Shown here: one piece after another, positions 35,401-48,026 of the stretch | How positions within the stretch are numbered: position 1 is the stretch's first letter | Layout: each line of letters begins with the position of its first letter | Assembly (NCBI RefSeq): GCF_964355755.1 | Contig: NC_092679.1 | Coordinates: 5,920,201-5,984,200, forward strand | DNA from: Antedon mediterranea | Lineage: Eukaryota; Animalia; Echinodermata | Direction of reading: 5' to 3' | Length of the DNA stretch: 64,000 bases | The notes under the pieces: generated by a model | Database searches by the model: none | Seen by the model: the letters and a program-made list of their open reading frames with translations, nothing else | Told to the model about the DNA's origin: nothing | Translations under genes and position numbers: made by a program

Positions 35401-38400
35401 AAAGAAATACTGTATAAATATATTCTGGTGATACAAAATAAATTGTACATCTAGTAGATGTACCATTTATTTTTCTAGAACCGCGAATAAGTAAAGGAAA
35501 ACTCTACTGTTCATATAGTCTGGTAAAAATGACTGGAGGTTCTTTAATGTACAGTTTCTCTATTTGTACAGTAGTATGCTAATTTTTCTTTGTTTCAGCC
35601 ATACTGTATATACTGTGTGACAATGACAATGATTCCTTTATTGACCTTTTTCAGAGTATGCAAGAACATTTTTTCAAAAAACACTTGCAGACATAAATAT
35701 TTGGTCTTTCAGCAGATCACTACCACCCTCTGCCACTAGCATCTATGTATGGCTTATTATTTATTTGCTTCATCAATATCAAATTAAAACAGAATAAATA
35801 CTCACTTCTTCTCCTATAACAATGAGGCCTGAAAATCGTCTTGTTAAAGAGGCTACAATGCAACGTTGGGCTTTTCTATCAGCTTCTGTCTGCAAGTCAT
35901 TCTTCCCAGTCTGCAAAAAAATCAAAAATAATAATAATAATAATATCCTGGATTTATATAGCGCCTAATGTTGTGAAACCTCTAAGCGATGAACATTATT
36001 ACCCCAGGATCAAACACGTATGGAAACATACTCCCATAATGCATCTAGTAATCAGTGCAAAATCTTGATCTAACCGGGTTCCCATTTATACACCTGGGTG
36101 GAGAGAGGCAAACGCAAGTATCTTGCCTGAGGATACAAGCAATGTAACGAAAGTTGGATTCGAACCTCGATCTTACAATCAGTAGTCGAACGTCCAACAC
36201 ACGCCCTTACAAAAGACAACATTTTTATATTGCCTTAACTTTTTATACACTGCAGGCAGTACTCTACATCCTGGTTACAGTAAGATATCTACACTTCAAA
36301 ATTCTCATTTACTCAACTTAACCAATTACTTTGATTTTAAATTATCATCATAAATTAGAAAATTCGTTCCATCTTCTATTTCTAAGCTGTTTGCCATCTG
36401 CCTTGTTATATGATATAAGCTTTCTGAATTAGACGCAATTAAACCATTTTCTCTTCAATAATAGCAAAATTTTAATAATATAACATCAGATTATCAGTAC
36501 TTTAGATTTCTCCAGTATCATAGGGTCTGTTTCTGCTGCATAACGCAAATTAATAGTTTATAGTAAAATAGATTAAAAATAACAAGAACGCGTTTATTAT
36601 TATTATTTAAACAATTTAATGTTTATATTGACTGCATTTCTGCTCAATTTTTGCTCCAAAATAACCGGTTACATCAGTGGGTGGTCGTTGACCAAAATCG
36701 TTAGAATTACCCAAAATGCAATTGGTCCTGGCGGTTAATTCAAACATTACTGCCGTGTAGTTGACAGCAGCTGTCAATCAATTTACAGTTTTTTCAGTTT
36801 CAGTTTATTTCGTGTTGCAGCTAAAAGTTTCCTAGCAAAAACCGGTTAAATGGAGTTCTAACACCGAATTGAATGGGTTTTTAACTGGTTATTCTGCGCT
36901 TTTTAAAAACAAATTTTTCCTGTATCTGCTCTGAAACTGGAGTTAATTTATTTACCTATTTTAACCGGTTATTTTTATACAGCAGAACCAGGCCCATAGG
37001 AAACTTCTGTGTTTCACATACCCCGTTGTATCATAGACCATAACAACTCTTAACCTACACTTACATGATACTCTATTATTATTTATGGAATTATCGTATT
37101 CGGAAAATATTGTTGTACTTTATTATGAAATTATTATTATACTAGGCAAATACACACTGAAAAAACAAATAATATGAAACAAAACTAAATTATTTCTCAT
37201 GTCACAAATTTAAAATAAAATCCACAAATTCAATTACAATATTTGAATTCAAAATGGAAATGTACATACATAATGACATTTTTTTTTCAAAATATTGTTT
37301 TCCAATTACTTTCTTTTTTGAATTATGGACATTATCTATCTATTCTCAAGGTAAAACATTTAACATAGACACATAGCAACATAATGATGCTGAAGTATAA
37401 TGAAAATACTATCTATTAAAAAAAATATCCATTATTTTACAGTAAAATGGCTTTATTAAAAAAACAATTGGTGTAAAAAATATAATTTCACATTTAAAAA
37501 TTTAAATAGAAAACATGTTATCTTATGTCCAGCCACTGATTAATGGTGGATACAGCAATTTGAACAAGAATCAGGGCCTAAAATTGTGAAGAGTTCCACT
37601 ACTTTATTTTTGAATTGCAAATTTTAAAATTTAGGGAAGGCCTGGGCCGCCTGAAACCGGACTACAGTACAGAAAGAAATCATTGCTTCGTATCTATGCG
37701 TAACCTTTCGCAGCCTATGCGTAGGTACCTGTAGATCGTAGGGCATTTTTCTGAACATAGGCTATGAAGTATTGTTCGAAGCCTACAAAACGAATTGTTA
37801 TAATTTACTACACATTGAAAGTTGCTTATTGAGGTTATGAAGCCAACATCGTAGAATACATTCTATCTACGAAACCAGCTCGTAGTAAAAGTTAAAGTAT
37901 TTTCTTTCTGCACTGTATGACAGTACTACTACTATTAATATATATTATTATTATACTCAGATGAGATTTAGTACAGTATACAGTACTGTATATATATACT
38001 TGCACCGATGAAAGGCTAGTGTTGCCCGAAAGCTCTGCTAACTTTTCTGGCTGTTTTACTTTATCGTTTTGATTTAACTTTTTGCTAAAGCTTGGTTCCC
38101 ACTAGAACGTAACGCAAGGACGTAAACGCAATGCAAGCGTTTTAACCAATGACAAGTGAAGTTATATAGACAGTTAGCAATCACAAGCGAATAAGCCATC
38201 GCTTGTGATTGGTCAATTCACTTGCGTTGCGTTACGTCCTTGTGTTGCGTCGCGAGTGGGAACCACGCTTTATTTTTCTCCATTGAGATCCAGTCACTGA
38301 TACCCACAGCATTGTCATTTTGTCAGTAATTTGCCTTTGGATTTATATATAATAATAAATTAATTCACAGTACAGTAATTACCACAAATCTTTACAAGTA

Positions 38401-41400
38401 GTAGTAGACATACGACTGTTCGCATGTTTTGTACAGTATTTATTACAATTAATTAAAACAGGGAAACCACTACATATCTAGGATTAGTATTACAGTAAAA
38501 AAAAGTGTTTATTAATGAGGTCAAAACGATGGTTATTATAATATTTAAATAAATAAACCAAAGTACCTACTAAAGTATATAAAGAACATACAGCAAATTA
38601 CTGGAAAAATGACAATGGGTATCAGTGGCTGGATCTCATAAGCATAATGATACAATATCTCAATCATAATTAGTTACAAATAATAAAAGTAACACTAGTA
38701 ATAGTAATCTATAGTATGACACATTTTAAAACTAAGTTCATTATTTGTATTGTACTAACTTGTTTTACTGCCTAGAGACCACAGTTTTTATCCAATTCTC
38801 ACCAAACTTAGCCACAATGATCAATGACTCATATAGTGTGGTTACATTTTGAAGGGTCAGGGTTAAAGGTCAAGGTCCAAAAAAAAAAAGAAATAAAAAA
38901 AATAATAAAAAAAAAAACCCCTCAGAGGGACTTGAACCAGGGATCTCAACTGTGAGAGGCTGGATACATAACCATTACACCAAACTCTTATCCACTACTT
39001 TGTAGTGTGCAGTTAGCCTATTTACACTTCTAATAAAAAAAATGTAAAAAAAAAAACATTTTCGAGGGGGAATTTTATGTAGGGGAATTTTACAGTAGGC
39101 GGAGGTTTGTACTCTCGGAGTACCCTCTAGTTTGTATTGTACTAACTTGTTGGGTTTTAAAAAATATTGGTAAAAATAATAAATTGTGAATAAAATATTA
39201 TTAAGTTATCATATGAATTATAAATGTTAAAACTATGTTTTGCTGAAAAATTAAGACAACGGAGAAATTACGTGTCAAGAAAGAAAGGCAAGTGTACAGT
39301 ACAGTACAGTATACTTTATTCAGAAAATATTTTCTTAATTCAGTATACTATTGTAGTATGAACCATTATATATTAATACATAATTATAATTCATAACTAT
39401 TTATAACTATACAAATATTATTTAAATTAGTTAGAAGGCTTGACAAATTTATTTTAGTTTGATTACATATGATGCTTACTGTTTAATGAGTTCACCATTA
39501 TGTGAGATGATGCAATGTCAAGCTGTCTAATACAAATAAAAGCTATTAACAACGTCAAACCAAAGTATGACATCATTTTCTATTTTTAGAATGCAATACA
39601 CGTGTGCTACAACTTGTAAAATATTTCATAATTATAATATTCAGCATTGGTTAAAGTTGATGAAGTTGCATAATTAAACTTGCAATATATTACTCTCGTC
39701 GTTGTCGTATCCATTTTCGCTGGAGCAGTGCTTGAATTTTCATCATTCAGGAATCTGTATGCATTTTGTAGACCTGGTAGATGAGACTCTGACATCATAG
39801 TAACAGCTCAGTTGCTATGACAACTGGAAGGCTGTTTGATGACGTCAATGGGAAGGCAACATGTTTGATACTACTACTGCAATGATATGAAGACTGAACC
39901 ACTCTTCAATGCCTCGTAGGCTTGCTAAATATTTATTTTTAGATCAGAATATAACGGATAATTTCTGCGATACGTTTTGTCGGGTCTTACGAGTTAATTA
40001 CTAAAAATATCTGTTATGAGTTAAGTATAACATGATATTAGTTCACCCTAATTATAGATATTTTTTGTCTTTTCTGACTGACACTCCCTTGTAAATAGGT
40101 CACTGCAATAATAATTTGATTCAGAAAGCACACATAGACGATAAAATAAAAAAAAAGAATCAAGTGTTCGTTGATGATGTCGTAACGATAATAATGAAAG
40201 GCCATTTTAAATTTATCTGTGTTTCAATTTTACGTAGAATAACATATATAGAGCATTCATAAATATTTTAAAAATCATAGAATGCTGTGACGCTGTGGTT
40301 GAACAGGCAAATGTATGAGAAAATTCAAGAAATAAGAGATTGTGCGTAGGCGGATGATTATCAGCGGCCACGTAGCAGTTCAATACAGCTTGCATATCAT
40401 TCCTCCTCTATCTTTCGACTCTAGACTAGTATTACGTATTCAATATGGCGACCGAACGAACAACGAACAGAAACAAAGAATTTAGATAAAATAAAATATC
40501 TAAAGATAATATTTATAAAAAATGTATTTATTTTTAGCAACAATTTGATTGATAAGTTAGGAGACGTTGATTTAGTTCTTCATTGATGTGGATAAACTTT
40601 AAACGCAATTTTGTTACAGAAATATATTTACAATCTTTGTGGTTGAATATAATGCATATATTTTTAGTATACAGTACAGGAGAACCTGTCCTTTGTGACA
40701 CCTCTTTTAAGGGGACACTCTTTAACACTTTTCTGTGACATTAACAAGGGGAAATATATGTTTTAACACTATGGTCAATCACTATGGTCAATCACTATGG
40801 TCAATCCATATTCAGGGGGAACACTCATTAAGGGAATACTTTGTTGGTGTTTTCTTAATAGGGGTTCTATTGTACTATAATATTTTGTCATTTTTAATAA
40901 TTTGGGATATAATTTCAGTTTAATATGTGGAAACATACCATTTTTTAAATAACTTTTATTGTCTGATTTGTTTAATGTTTTTTTTCCAATCAAAATGACT
41001 AATTTTTTGAAAATTATAATTATATTACTGTATATAATCTAATATGGTGCAGGAATAATTTCGCCAGTGTAGCATAGCAAAAAGCTATACAAAACAACCT
41101 TTTTGCTACACATTTCTACAATTGTGTAGCAAAAAATACAATACAAAACTATGTTTCTTGACTAAAAAATCAGTTTGATTAGCAATTTTGCTAAACAAAA
41201 TTTTCAAATGAAATTTTTCCCTGAGTAGTTCAGTAATGGCATATTCAACAGAGTTTTAATACTTGTAACAGTAACATAGGGATTTTATATCATGGTGGAC
41301 AATGGGATTTGATAGAAAGGACTGTACCCAAGTAAAGGGGTTTACCGTTTTAGTAGTAGGGGTGATGATGGTACCATACAGTAGGTATACATTGCCCATA

Positions 41401-41899
41401 CATTCAAGAGAGCTTTTAGAGTGGGTACTGTTAGAGGACATTAAAATAACCTTTAAAAAATAACACTCTACAAACAATAAAGAGGTGTGTCATATGGTGT
41501 TCACTTCAATTCCCACCATTTTTTTAGGTGACTGTTTTTTGGGGTTTTTTTTTTTTACTGGAAGATATTGTGACATCATTTTTGTTCCACATATTATTAC
41601 CTCTGCCAAGGAGGTTATGTTTTCACCCCTGTATGTTTGTGTGTGTGTGTGTCTGTGAACAGCCTGCCTCACCAAATTTGGACACAATGATCTATGCCTC
41701 AAAAGCTCGGACGAGTTCGAATTTGAGGAGAGAAGGTCATAGGTCAAGGTCACAACTAACAAAAAACTATATTACTGAATGCCTAGAGACCACAGTTTTT
41801 ATCCAATTCTCACCAAACGTAGCCACAATGATCAATGACTCATCATATAATTGTGGTTAAATTTTGAAGGGTCAGGGTCAAAGATCAAGACCCACAAAA

Positions 41900-41931
<32 letters not shown>

Positions 41932-42759
41932 CCTCAGTGGGACTTGAACCAGCGATCTCAACTGTGAGAGGCTGGATACATAACCATTACACCAAACTCT
42001 CATCCACAACTTTGTATGGTGTAGTTAGCCATTTACACTTAGAATTCATAAAAAAAAAAAATATATAATATATTTTCCTGCGACATTTTATGTAGAGGAA
42101 TTTTACAGTAGTTTGTACTCTCGGAGTACCCTCTAGTTTTACTTTTTATTGCCAAAATTAACCAATTCAATTTGATTTTTTGCAGGTACCAACCCATGAG
42201 TTAGTAACTAATACCAATCTTTTATTTGCTAACAGTAAACTAAAAAGTAATTTTTGGGTTTCTGGATTTTAACAATATTTGTATAGTTACGTTACTGTAC
42301 ACAGTGTGATTGACGGTCACAATTTATGCTGGTACTGTACTGGTACTGTAGTACCAGTACAGTATCATCTAGACAATTACTAATTCATTTTATAAACATT
42401 GATGGTATTGTAGGATCAGTAATTTAAGAATGGTATTATTTTAGGGGTTAGTTTATTCTTCATGATAATACAGTACCAATGATGGATTTGTTGATTTACT
42501 GAATTATTTGTATAACTTTAAAATTTTGTTTGTTTCAACATTATTGATGTAACTGCAGTGTATTACCAAGATTGTCTAATTTTTATTTTTATATAAATTA
42601 GACCAATAAAAAATTAATTGAATTATTCAATGTTATCTATTTCGACTGTGTAAATGGGACCAACTCATGTAAGACAAAACTCAACTCATGTACGACAAAA
42701 CTCAAACATGGTTCTGTACTAATCTGTCATCAGGAGATGATAATGATGATGACGATGAT

Positions 42760-42831
<72 letters not shown>

Positions 42832-45800
42832 AAAGATTATGATAGTGATGATGATGATGATGATGATTATGCTGATGATATCGATGATGCTGATGATAGT
42901 GATGATTATGCTGATGATAATGATAATGATAAAGATGATGATGATTATGCTTATGATGATGATAGTGATGAAGATGATGATTATGCTGATGATAGTGATG
43001 AAGATGATGATTATGCTGATGACAGTGATGAAGATGATGATGATGATTATGCTGATGATGCTGGTGATGATGATAGTGATGATTATGCTGATGATAGTGA
43101 TGAAGATGATGATTATGCTGATGACAGTGATGATGATGATGATGATTATGCTGATGATGCTGGTGATGATGATAGTGATGATTATGCTGATGATAGTGAT
43201 GAAGATGATGATTATGCTGATGACAGTGATGATGATGATGATGATTATGCTGATGATGCTGGTGATGATGATAGTGATGAAGATGATGATTATGCTGATG
43301 ATAGTGATGAAGATGATAGTGATGATGATGCTGATGATGATGCTGCTGACCGATGATGATGATGATACTGATTATGATGATTCTTATATTTTAAATAAAG
43401 TCTATATTCTGTAATAAATTCATTTTCTTGACAAAAATCATAAAATATATAAGTCTATATGTAATAAAGGGTTACTACTACTACTACTACTGTATACAGT
43501 TCTTCATCAAATTGTGCCCTCACCAAAAAATAAAGTTTATATTCTGTAATAAATTCATCTTCTTGACAAAAATCATAAAATATATAATTCTATAATGTAA
43601 TAAAGGGTTACTACTACTACTACTACTGTATACAGTTCTTCATCAAATTGTACCCTCACCAAAAAATAAAGTCTATATTCTGTAATAAATTCATCTTCTT
43701 GACAAAAATCATAAAATATATAAGTCTATATGTAATAAAGGGTTACTACTACTACTACTACTGTATACAGTTCTTCATCAAATTGTACCTTCACCAAAAA
43801 ATAAAGTTTATATTCTGTAATAAATTCATCTTCTTGACAAAAATCATAAAATATATAAGTCTATATGTAATAAAGGGTTACTACTACTACTGTATACAGT
43901 TCTTCATCAAATTGTACCCACACCAAAAAATAAAGTTTATATTCTGTAATAAATTCATCTTTTTCATGACAAAATATATTCTTTATGTTCTAAATAAAGT
44001 CTATTATGTAATAAATGTTTACTATAGTCCTTCATCAAATTGTACCCACACCAAAATAAAACAAAAGCATAAAATATAATTATATGAATATAGTTTCTTT
44101 AGTTCATTCAAATGCTGCTCCACTTTAAACAAAGAAATGATCAAGACAGTAAACTCTTACCATCATTAAAATGTACAGTATTTGAATATTTTAAACTTTT
44201 ATTAATGTACTGTACTAGTGGTACAACAACATACAGTACTGTGTAAATGGTATGTAGCATAACTCTGCAGTTTTTATAGTTAACTTATACTATAAAACAA
44301 TGGATTATGTAGAAATACACAGTTTTACGTTTACACTTATAGGTCCTGTGACAGGGTGTAGTCATGTGACAGGGTGTGGAGGGTGTAGTCATGTGACAGG
44401 GTGTAGTCATGTGACAGGGTGTGGTCTTGTGACAGGATGTCAATTTGACATTTAAACAGTTTCCTCGACAATTGTTGGTTATGTGCCATGTGTTATGTGG
44501 GTATTTTCCAGTTCATGTGGCAATGTTATCATAGTTTTCTTAATGAAACAAAATTGATATAGATAATTGTAACAATTGTAAAGAATGAAATAAAAGTGAG
44601 TGAATCTCACAAAAGACAAAAAAAAAAAGTATTCATTTGTAACGAGTTTGATGATTAATTTTGATGATCGATAAAAATATTGGAAAGAGTGTTGGTTCAA
44701 CCAACAATTATTTTTTCAGATTTTTCAGTCTTTTTACATTGAAACAATTTTATTTTGTTTTTAGATTTTATTTACTTTTGGTATCGATATATATTTTTGA
44801 ATATTATTTTATAAAACAAGGAAACAAACATCATTTCCTGAATATTGTGCTCCAGATTTGCATATCAAAACAAATTTAATAATACATTTATTAGACAGTT
44901 TTATTTAGCTCAGATATTAAAATACTATTTAAAAACAACTATTGTAATAAAACTAACTAGTAATAATAATACTAGAAATACAATTAAAGAACTAATTAAA
45001 TATATATATTATACAAAAAAAAACACCCTGTACTATAGATAGCAGATAATTCATATTCTTTTGTAATACAACAACAGGTTAAAAATTAATTAGAATATTC
45101 TAAATAATACATCTGATTCACTTTTTGAACTTACTCTTCACAATCACAAAATAGACATTACTCTAGTATATTATATATCAACAATACAGTGTAGTACTGT
45201 AGTATCATATTGGCTATTCTTACTATAGTACTAGTAGCCCAACACTGTACAGTATTAACTTTTCAGTGTTCCACAAGTAACATTTTATGAAACCTTTTTT
45301 AAATATTAACATCCATCCAGCGTATGAATTAAATTAATTTGTTGACCAGACTGAATTTTACAAAGTAATAATGCATATTGATATTATACTGTACAGGGTA
45401 CATAGGTACTGTACATAAGTTAAGTAAAACTTTATTTTATCTGCAAAATATTAAGATTCAATGCAGAAAGTTTGAAATGCTATCCAACTGCTTTCCAATG
45501 ATGGTCACAAATGAATTGATTACATAAACTTTGAACAAACTACACACACAGCGATGTAGCCACAAGATATAAAGTGGTGTGGTGGTTGCAAAAACGGGGA
45601 ATCAGTTCAAGCCACGGGTTATCAAAGGTCTCTGTGAAAAAGTGGTCAGGAAACTTACCAACCGTACTGGGGTGGTTAAAGGCCTGTACTATACCAACAT
45701 TTTTAGGTATTTTCAATAACTGTACTTTCTAAAAGTAAACTATTTTCAATGTAATTTCATGTTTATACAGTGGCCTAGTGTAATAGTACAGCATTACAAC

Positions 45801-47191
45801 TAGGCCTACAGTATATTCTAATTTTTTTGTTTCATAAAAACACTTTTTTTAACATTTTATACTATTTATAAAAATGTTAATTATTATTAAATATCAAATA
45901 TATATTATTATTATTAAAGATTAAAACACAAGTATTAATTACTAATAAATAAAAGTAGAAATATAAAAAAGTTCAAATGTTCCATTAATTTACTAATTTT
46001 ATTAATACAATAGGCCTAGTTAGTTAATTGAAAAAACGCCGTGGTTAGGATTCCGGCACCGGAACTCAACTGCCCAGCGTTAGGGAATCCGACACGCTAT
46101 TGCGCATGCTCAGAGCGAGGTAATCGGCGACTCTATCAACAACAGCGATGGATCGTTTTATAGCTGCGCCACACGGCGAACTAGCCTAGATGCCTACGGT
46201 ATCCACTAATCTAGGCTAGGGCTACCAGTTAGACGTGACCAGTGGGGCCTATTTATTTTGTAATTAAAAAGTGGTTGCTTCATTCATATATAAACTTCAT
46301 ATCATTATGAATTATATAATTACATGACTAGTTTTATGATTTTTCAGAACGCATTTTACTGTACATAACAACATGCAATCACAAGTTGATTTGTTGACAG
46401 CAGCCACCGCGTGGATATGAAAAAAAACTGTTCAGGAAGTCAGGGTCGCAACGCTAAGAACAGCATTACGATTCTTAGATAGATACTGATACTTATTAAT
46501 ATCATTATAATTATTTTAACGCGTGCTGTAGTATTACTATTATTTTAATTAATTCATTCATTCATGTATGGCATAGGCCAAGTTTCATCCATCGCTCTCT
46601 CGCTCGCGCAACGACTATATAGGCTACAGTAAATCCCTATTATAACACTCAGAGACTCTCGGCGGTGGTGTGTGTGTGTGGCACTATTTAGCGCAAGCTA
46701 TAATTCACTTCCCAGAGCTCTGGGCATGCGCAATAGCGTGTCGGATTCCCTAACGGTGGGCAGTTGAGTTCCGGTGCCGGAATCCTAACCACGACGTTGA
46801 AAAAAACAGTTTATGTATTTTTAAATTAAATTTTGTAAACTAAATTAATTAAAAATGGGTCTGTTTCAATTCCTATAATTGTTAAACAATCTCAACACAT
46901 CCAATTGCTTATTTTAAAGAACTAATTACACTTTATTTAACGTCTAATAAAAAGCAAAACCGTTTGATACGGATATTCACTAAGGCTAGGCCTAGGAAAA
47001 AACAAACCAGCCTAATGATGCTCCACCACGGTGGTATCGGCCGGCAGTAACATCTCACATGCTCGACTTACCTTCTCAACGACGCCTAGACTGCCTTTAC
47101 TTCTAATGTCTCGTACAATAGTACCTGCTTTTTTCGCAACAGAAACTGAAGCAGAAACTATTCGCATTACAAGACACGTATTACTAGCCAT
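26408..47191 (-). CDS. BPNT1: 3'(2'),5'-bisphosphate nucleotidase 1 (PAP phosphatase), complete, 312 aa. Exons: 47191-47072, 35910-35806, 33930-33820, 30450-30402, 29581-29286, 28848-28743, 26559-26408
   Basis: Inositol-monophosphatase-family motifs [42 protein letters not shown] and [12 protein letters not shown]. Exon lengths 120+105+111+49+296+106+152 = 939 nt in frame to TGA; all introns GT-AG. Confidence 0.96.
27707..28085 (+). mobile_element. tRNA-derived SINE with Deu/Nin-like central domain; partial second copy at ~48870-49005
   Basis: tRNA-like head with A box (TGGTCAAGCGG) and B box (GGTTCGAGGC) ending CTCCA; central GTCTTCTCGGATAAGGACTATAAACCGTAGGTCC...TTAAAGAACC...GAGTAGGGGCTTACCCCGGTGT; A-rich tail. 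Confidence 0.75.
28360..28694. mobile_element. Fold-back MITE with 32-bp perfect TIRs (P-element-like CAAAG ends)
   Basis: CAAAGAACTTATAACACAAGAATCTCCTGTTC and its exact reverse complement; CCACCAC duplicated on both sides (or GCCACCACC if the ends are drawn 1 bp inward); central poly-G run. Confidence 0.75.
28955..29246. repeat. ~29-bp degenerate minisatellite in BPNT1 intron 5
   Basis: Unit approximately TTTGTCACAAAGGTTCCAAATTTCCTGA. Confidence 0.85.
29643..30378. repeat. 15-17-bp minisatellite filling most of BPNT1 intron 4
   Basis: Alternating TTTATCAAGGGGTGT and TTATTACAAAGGGTG units. Confidence 0.95.
35030..35295 (+). mobile_element. CR1/L2-group LINE 3' remnant
   Basis: Translation [35 protein letters not shown] resembles the WNxLP C-terminal motif of CR1/L2 ORF2. 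Confidence 0.5.
35928..36207 (-). mobile_element. tRNA-derived CORE-type SINE with L2-like tail
   Basis: Minus strand: B box GGTTCGAATCC, core TCCTCAGGCAAGATACTT...CTCTCTCCACCCAGGTGTATAAATGGG, tail GGCGCTATATAAAT...(ATT)n. Confidence 0.7.
36523..36995. mobile_element. Harbinger-like MITE
   Basis: TIRs GGGTCTGTTTCTGCTGCATAA / TTATACAGCAGAACCAGGCCC with a 3-bp ATA duplication. Confidence 0.55.
37665..37915. mobile_element. Tc1/mariner-like MITE
   Basis: TA-CAGTACAGAAAGAAA...TTTCTTTCTGCACTG-TA. Confidence 0.55.
37999..38343 (+). mobile_element. Penelope-like repeat copy 3 (hammerhead core mutated to CCGATGA), interrupted by a MITE at 38089-38269
   Basis: TGCACCGATGAAAGGCTAGTGTTGCCCGAAAGCTCTGCTAACTTTTCTGG... 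resumes after the MITE with CTCCATTGAGATCCAGTCACTGATACCC. Confidence 0.7.
38765..39130 (+). mobile_element. Helentron-type family A, 5'-truncated copy with 21-bp flanking direct repeat
   Basis: Highly similar to 41772-42136; ends GGCGGAGGTTTGTACTCTCGGAGTACCCTCTAG; TTTGTATTGTACTAACTTGTT occurs at 38744-38764 and 39131-39151. Confidence 0.7.
40678..40872. mobile_element. Degenerate pogo/Tigger-like MITE family (CAGTAGAAC...AAGGGGACAC); related remnants at ~25700-25755, ~54018-54182 and ~58600-58760
   Basis: Recurring TACAGTAGAAC / TTAAGGGGACAC / GTGTCCCC / GGTTCTATTGTA blocks; boundaries are approximate. Confidence 0.45.
41598..42136 (+). mobile_element. Helentron-type family A, near full-length copy
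   Basis: Starts TACCTCTGCCAAGGAGGTTATG, contains (GT)n and ends GTACTCTCGGAGTACCCTCTAG; the 3' subterminal repeat is deleted. Confidence 0.7.
42735..43381. repeat. Compound (GAT)n microsatellite with higher-order repeats
   Basis: Pure GAT run followed by repeated GATTATGCTGATGATAGTGATGAA blocks. Confidence 0.95.
43392..44060. repeat. ~123-bp tandem repeat, ~5 copies
   Basis: Unit contains ATTCTGTAATAAATTCATCTTCTTGACAAAAATC...(TAC)n...CAAATTGTACCCTCACC. Confidence 0.9.
44347..44438. repeat. 18-bp tandem repeat
   Basis: Unit TGTGACAGGGTGTAGTCA. Confidence 0.85.
46037..46796. mobile_element. Mutator-like (MULE) MITE with ~80-bp TIRs and 9-bp TSD
   Basis: Ends CGCCGTGGTTAGGATTCCGGCACC...GGTGCCGGAATCCTAACCACGACG; TSD TTGAAAAAA at 46028-46036 and 46797-46805. 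Confidence 0.8.
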
Positions 47192-48026
47192 CTTCAAACT
47201 TTGGTTCCTTACAATGTGCTGTACAGAAAACGATTTAGAAATGAGGGCCCAAAACCAACATACGTTGTTTTATGTGTACATGAGCAACGGCAGACAGCCC
47301 ACGCCTCTCTTCACTTTTCTCGCGTTTGATGACCTCTACGTCGTAAACTTTAACACCATTATTTATCGATCCAGTCGTTGCAAGGGTACCTGTAATAATT
47401 AATAATTACACGTTTTTAAAAGCCTTGAAAATAACATGATTTATAACTTTATCATCATTAATATGATTTTTTTTTCGATCATGTTTGTTATAAATTCATT
47501 ATCAGTTAATTTTTAGTTATGCATTATTTATACCTCCATGGTTAGTTAATTTAGTTACTACGGTGGTTCATCGAAATACCCATGTCCGGAATCTTTAATT
47601 TGTATTTAATGTATAATATAACTTGTATTATTTTATGATACAAATTTCTGCATTTTTGTTGCAAATGGTAAAACTTAATTTGGTCACACAAAGACAATCA
47701 ATCCTGGGCCTTATATAACCCCTAAACAAATTAGACAATTTTAATTTTTTTTATTTTCGGCTTAGATCTTTATTAATATTATTTTACTCTGCTAGCATAG
47801 AATTGTTTTGAATATGAATTCAATAATTTTACTTTTAAGGTAAAAACTGAAACCTGTGTTTAAACTTTCATAATTAAATTTGGAATTTAAAAGAAATTAC
47901 TTTATTTTTGTTGGTAAATATTTTGTATTTTTTGTCCCGAGAGTATCCGCGTACGGGAACCAGAATACCTAATCCAGGGTCCTCCGTGTGCAATGACCCG
48001 TGACTTATCAGCAGAGACTTTTAAAC
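47192..48026. promoter_or_regulatory. Putative bidirectional promoter / shared 5' region of BPNT1 and ARMT1
   Basis: Divergent start codons at 47191 (-) and 48027 (+) are 835 bp apart, with CpG-containing patches next to each ATG. Confidence 0.65.

Noticed and set aside
39607-39798. 63-aa ORF as a possible nested gene
   Set aside because: No recognisable motif and no supporting exon chain.
42737-43414. Poly-Met ORF of 225 aa
   Set aside because: It is the ATG frame of the (GAT)n microsatellite.
43648-44079. 143-aa repetitive ORF
   Set aside because: It is produced by the ~123-bp tandem repeat and shows no protein features.
47031-47402. 123-aa plus-strand ORF
   Set aside because: It is the antisense shadow of BPNT1 exon 1 and its 5' region.
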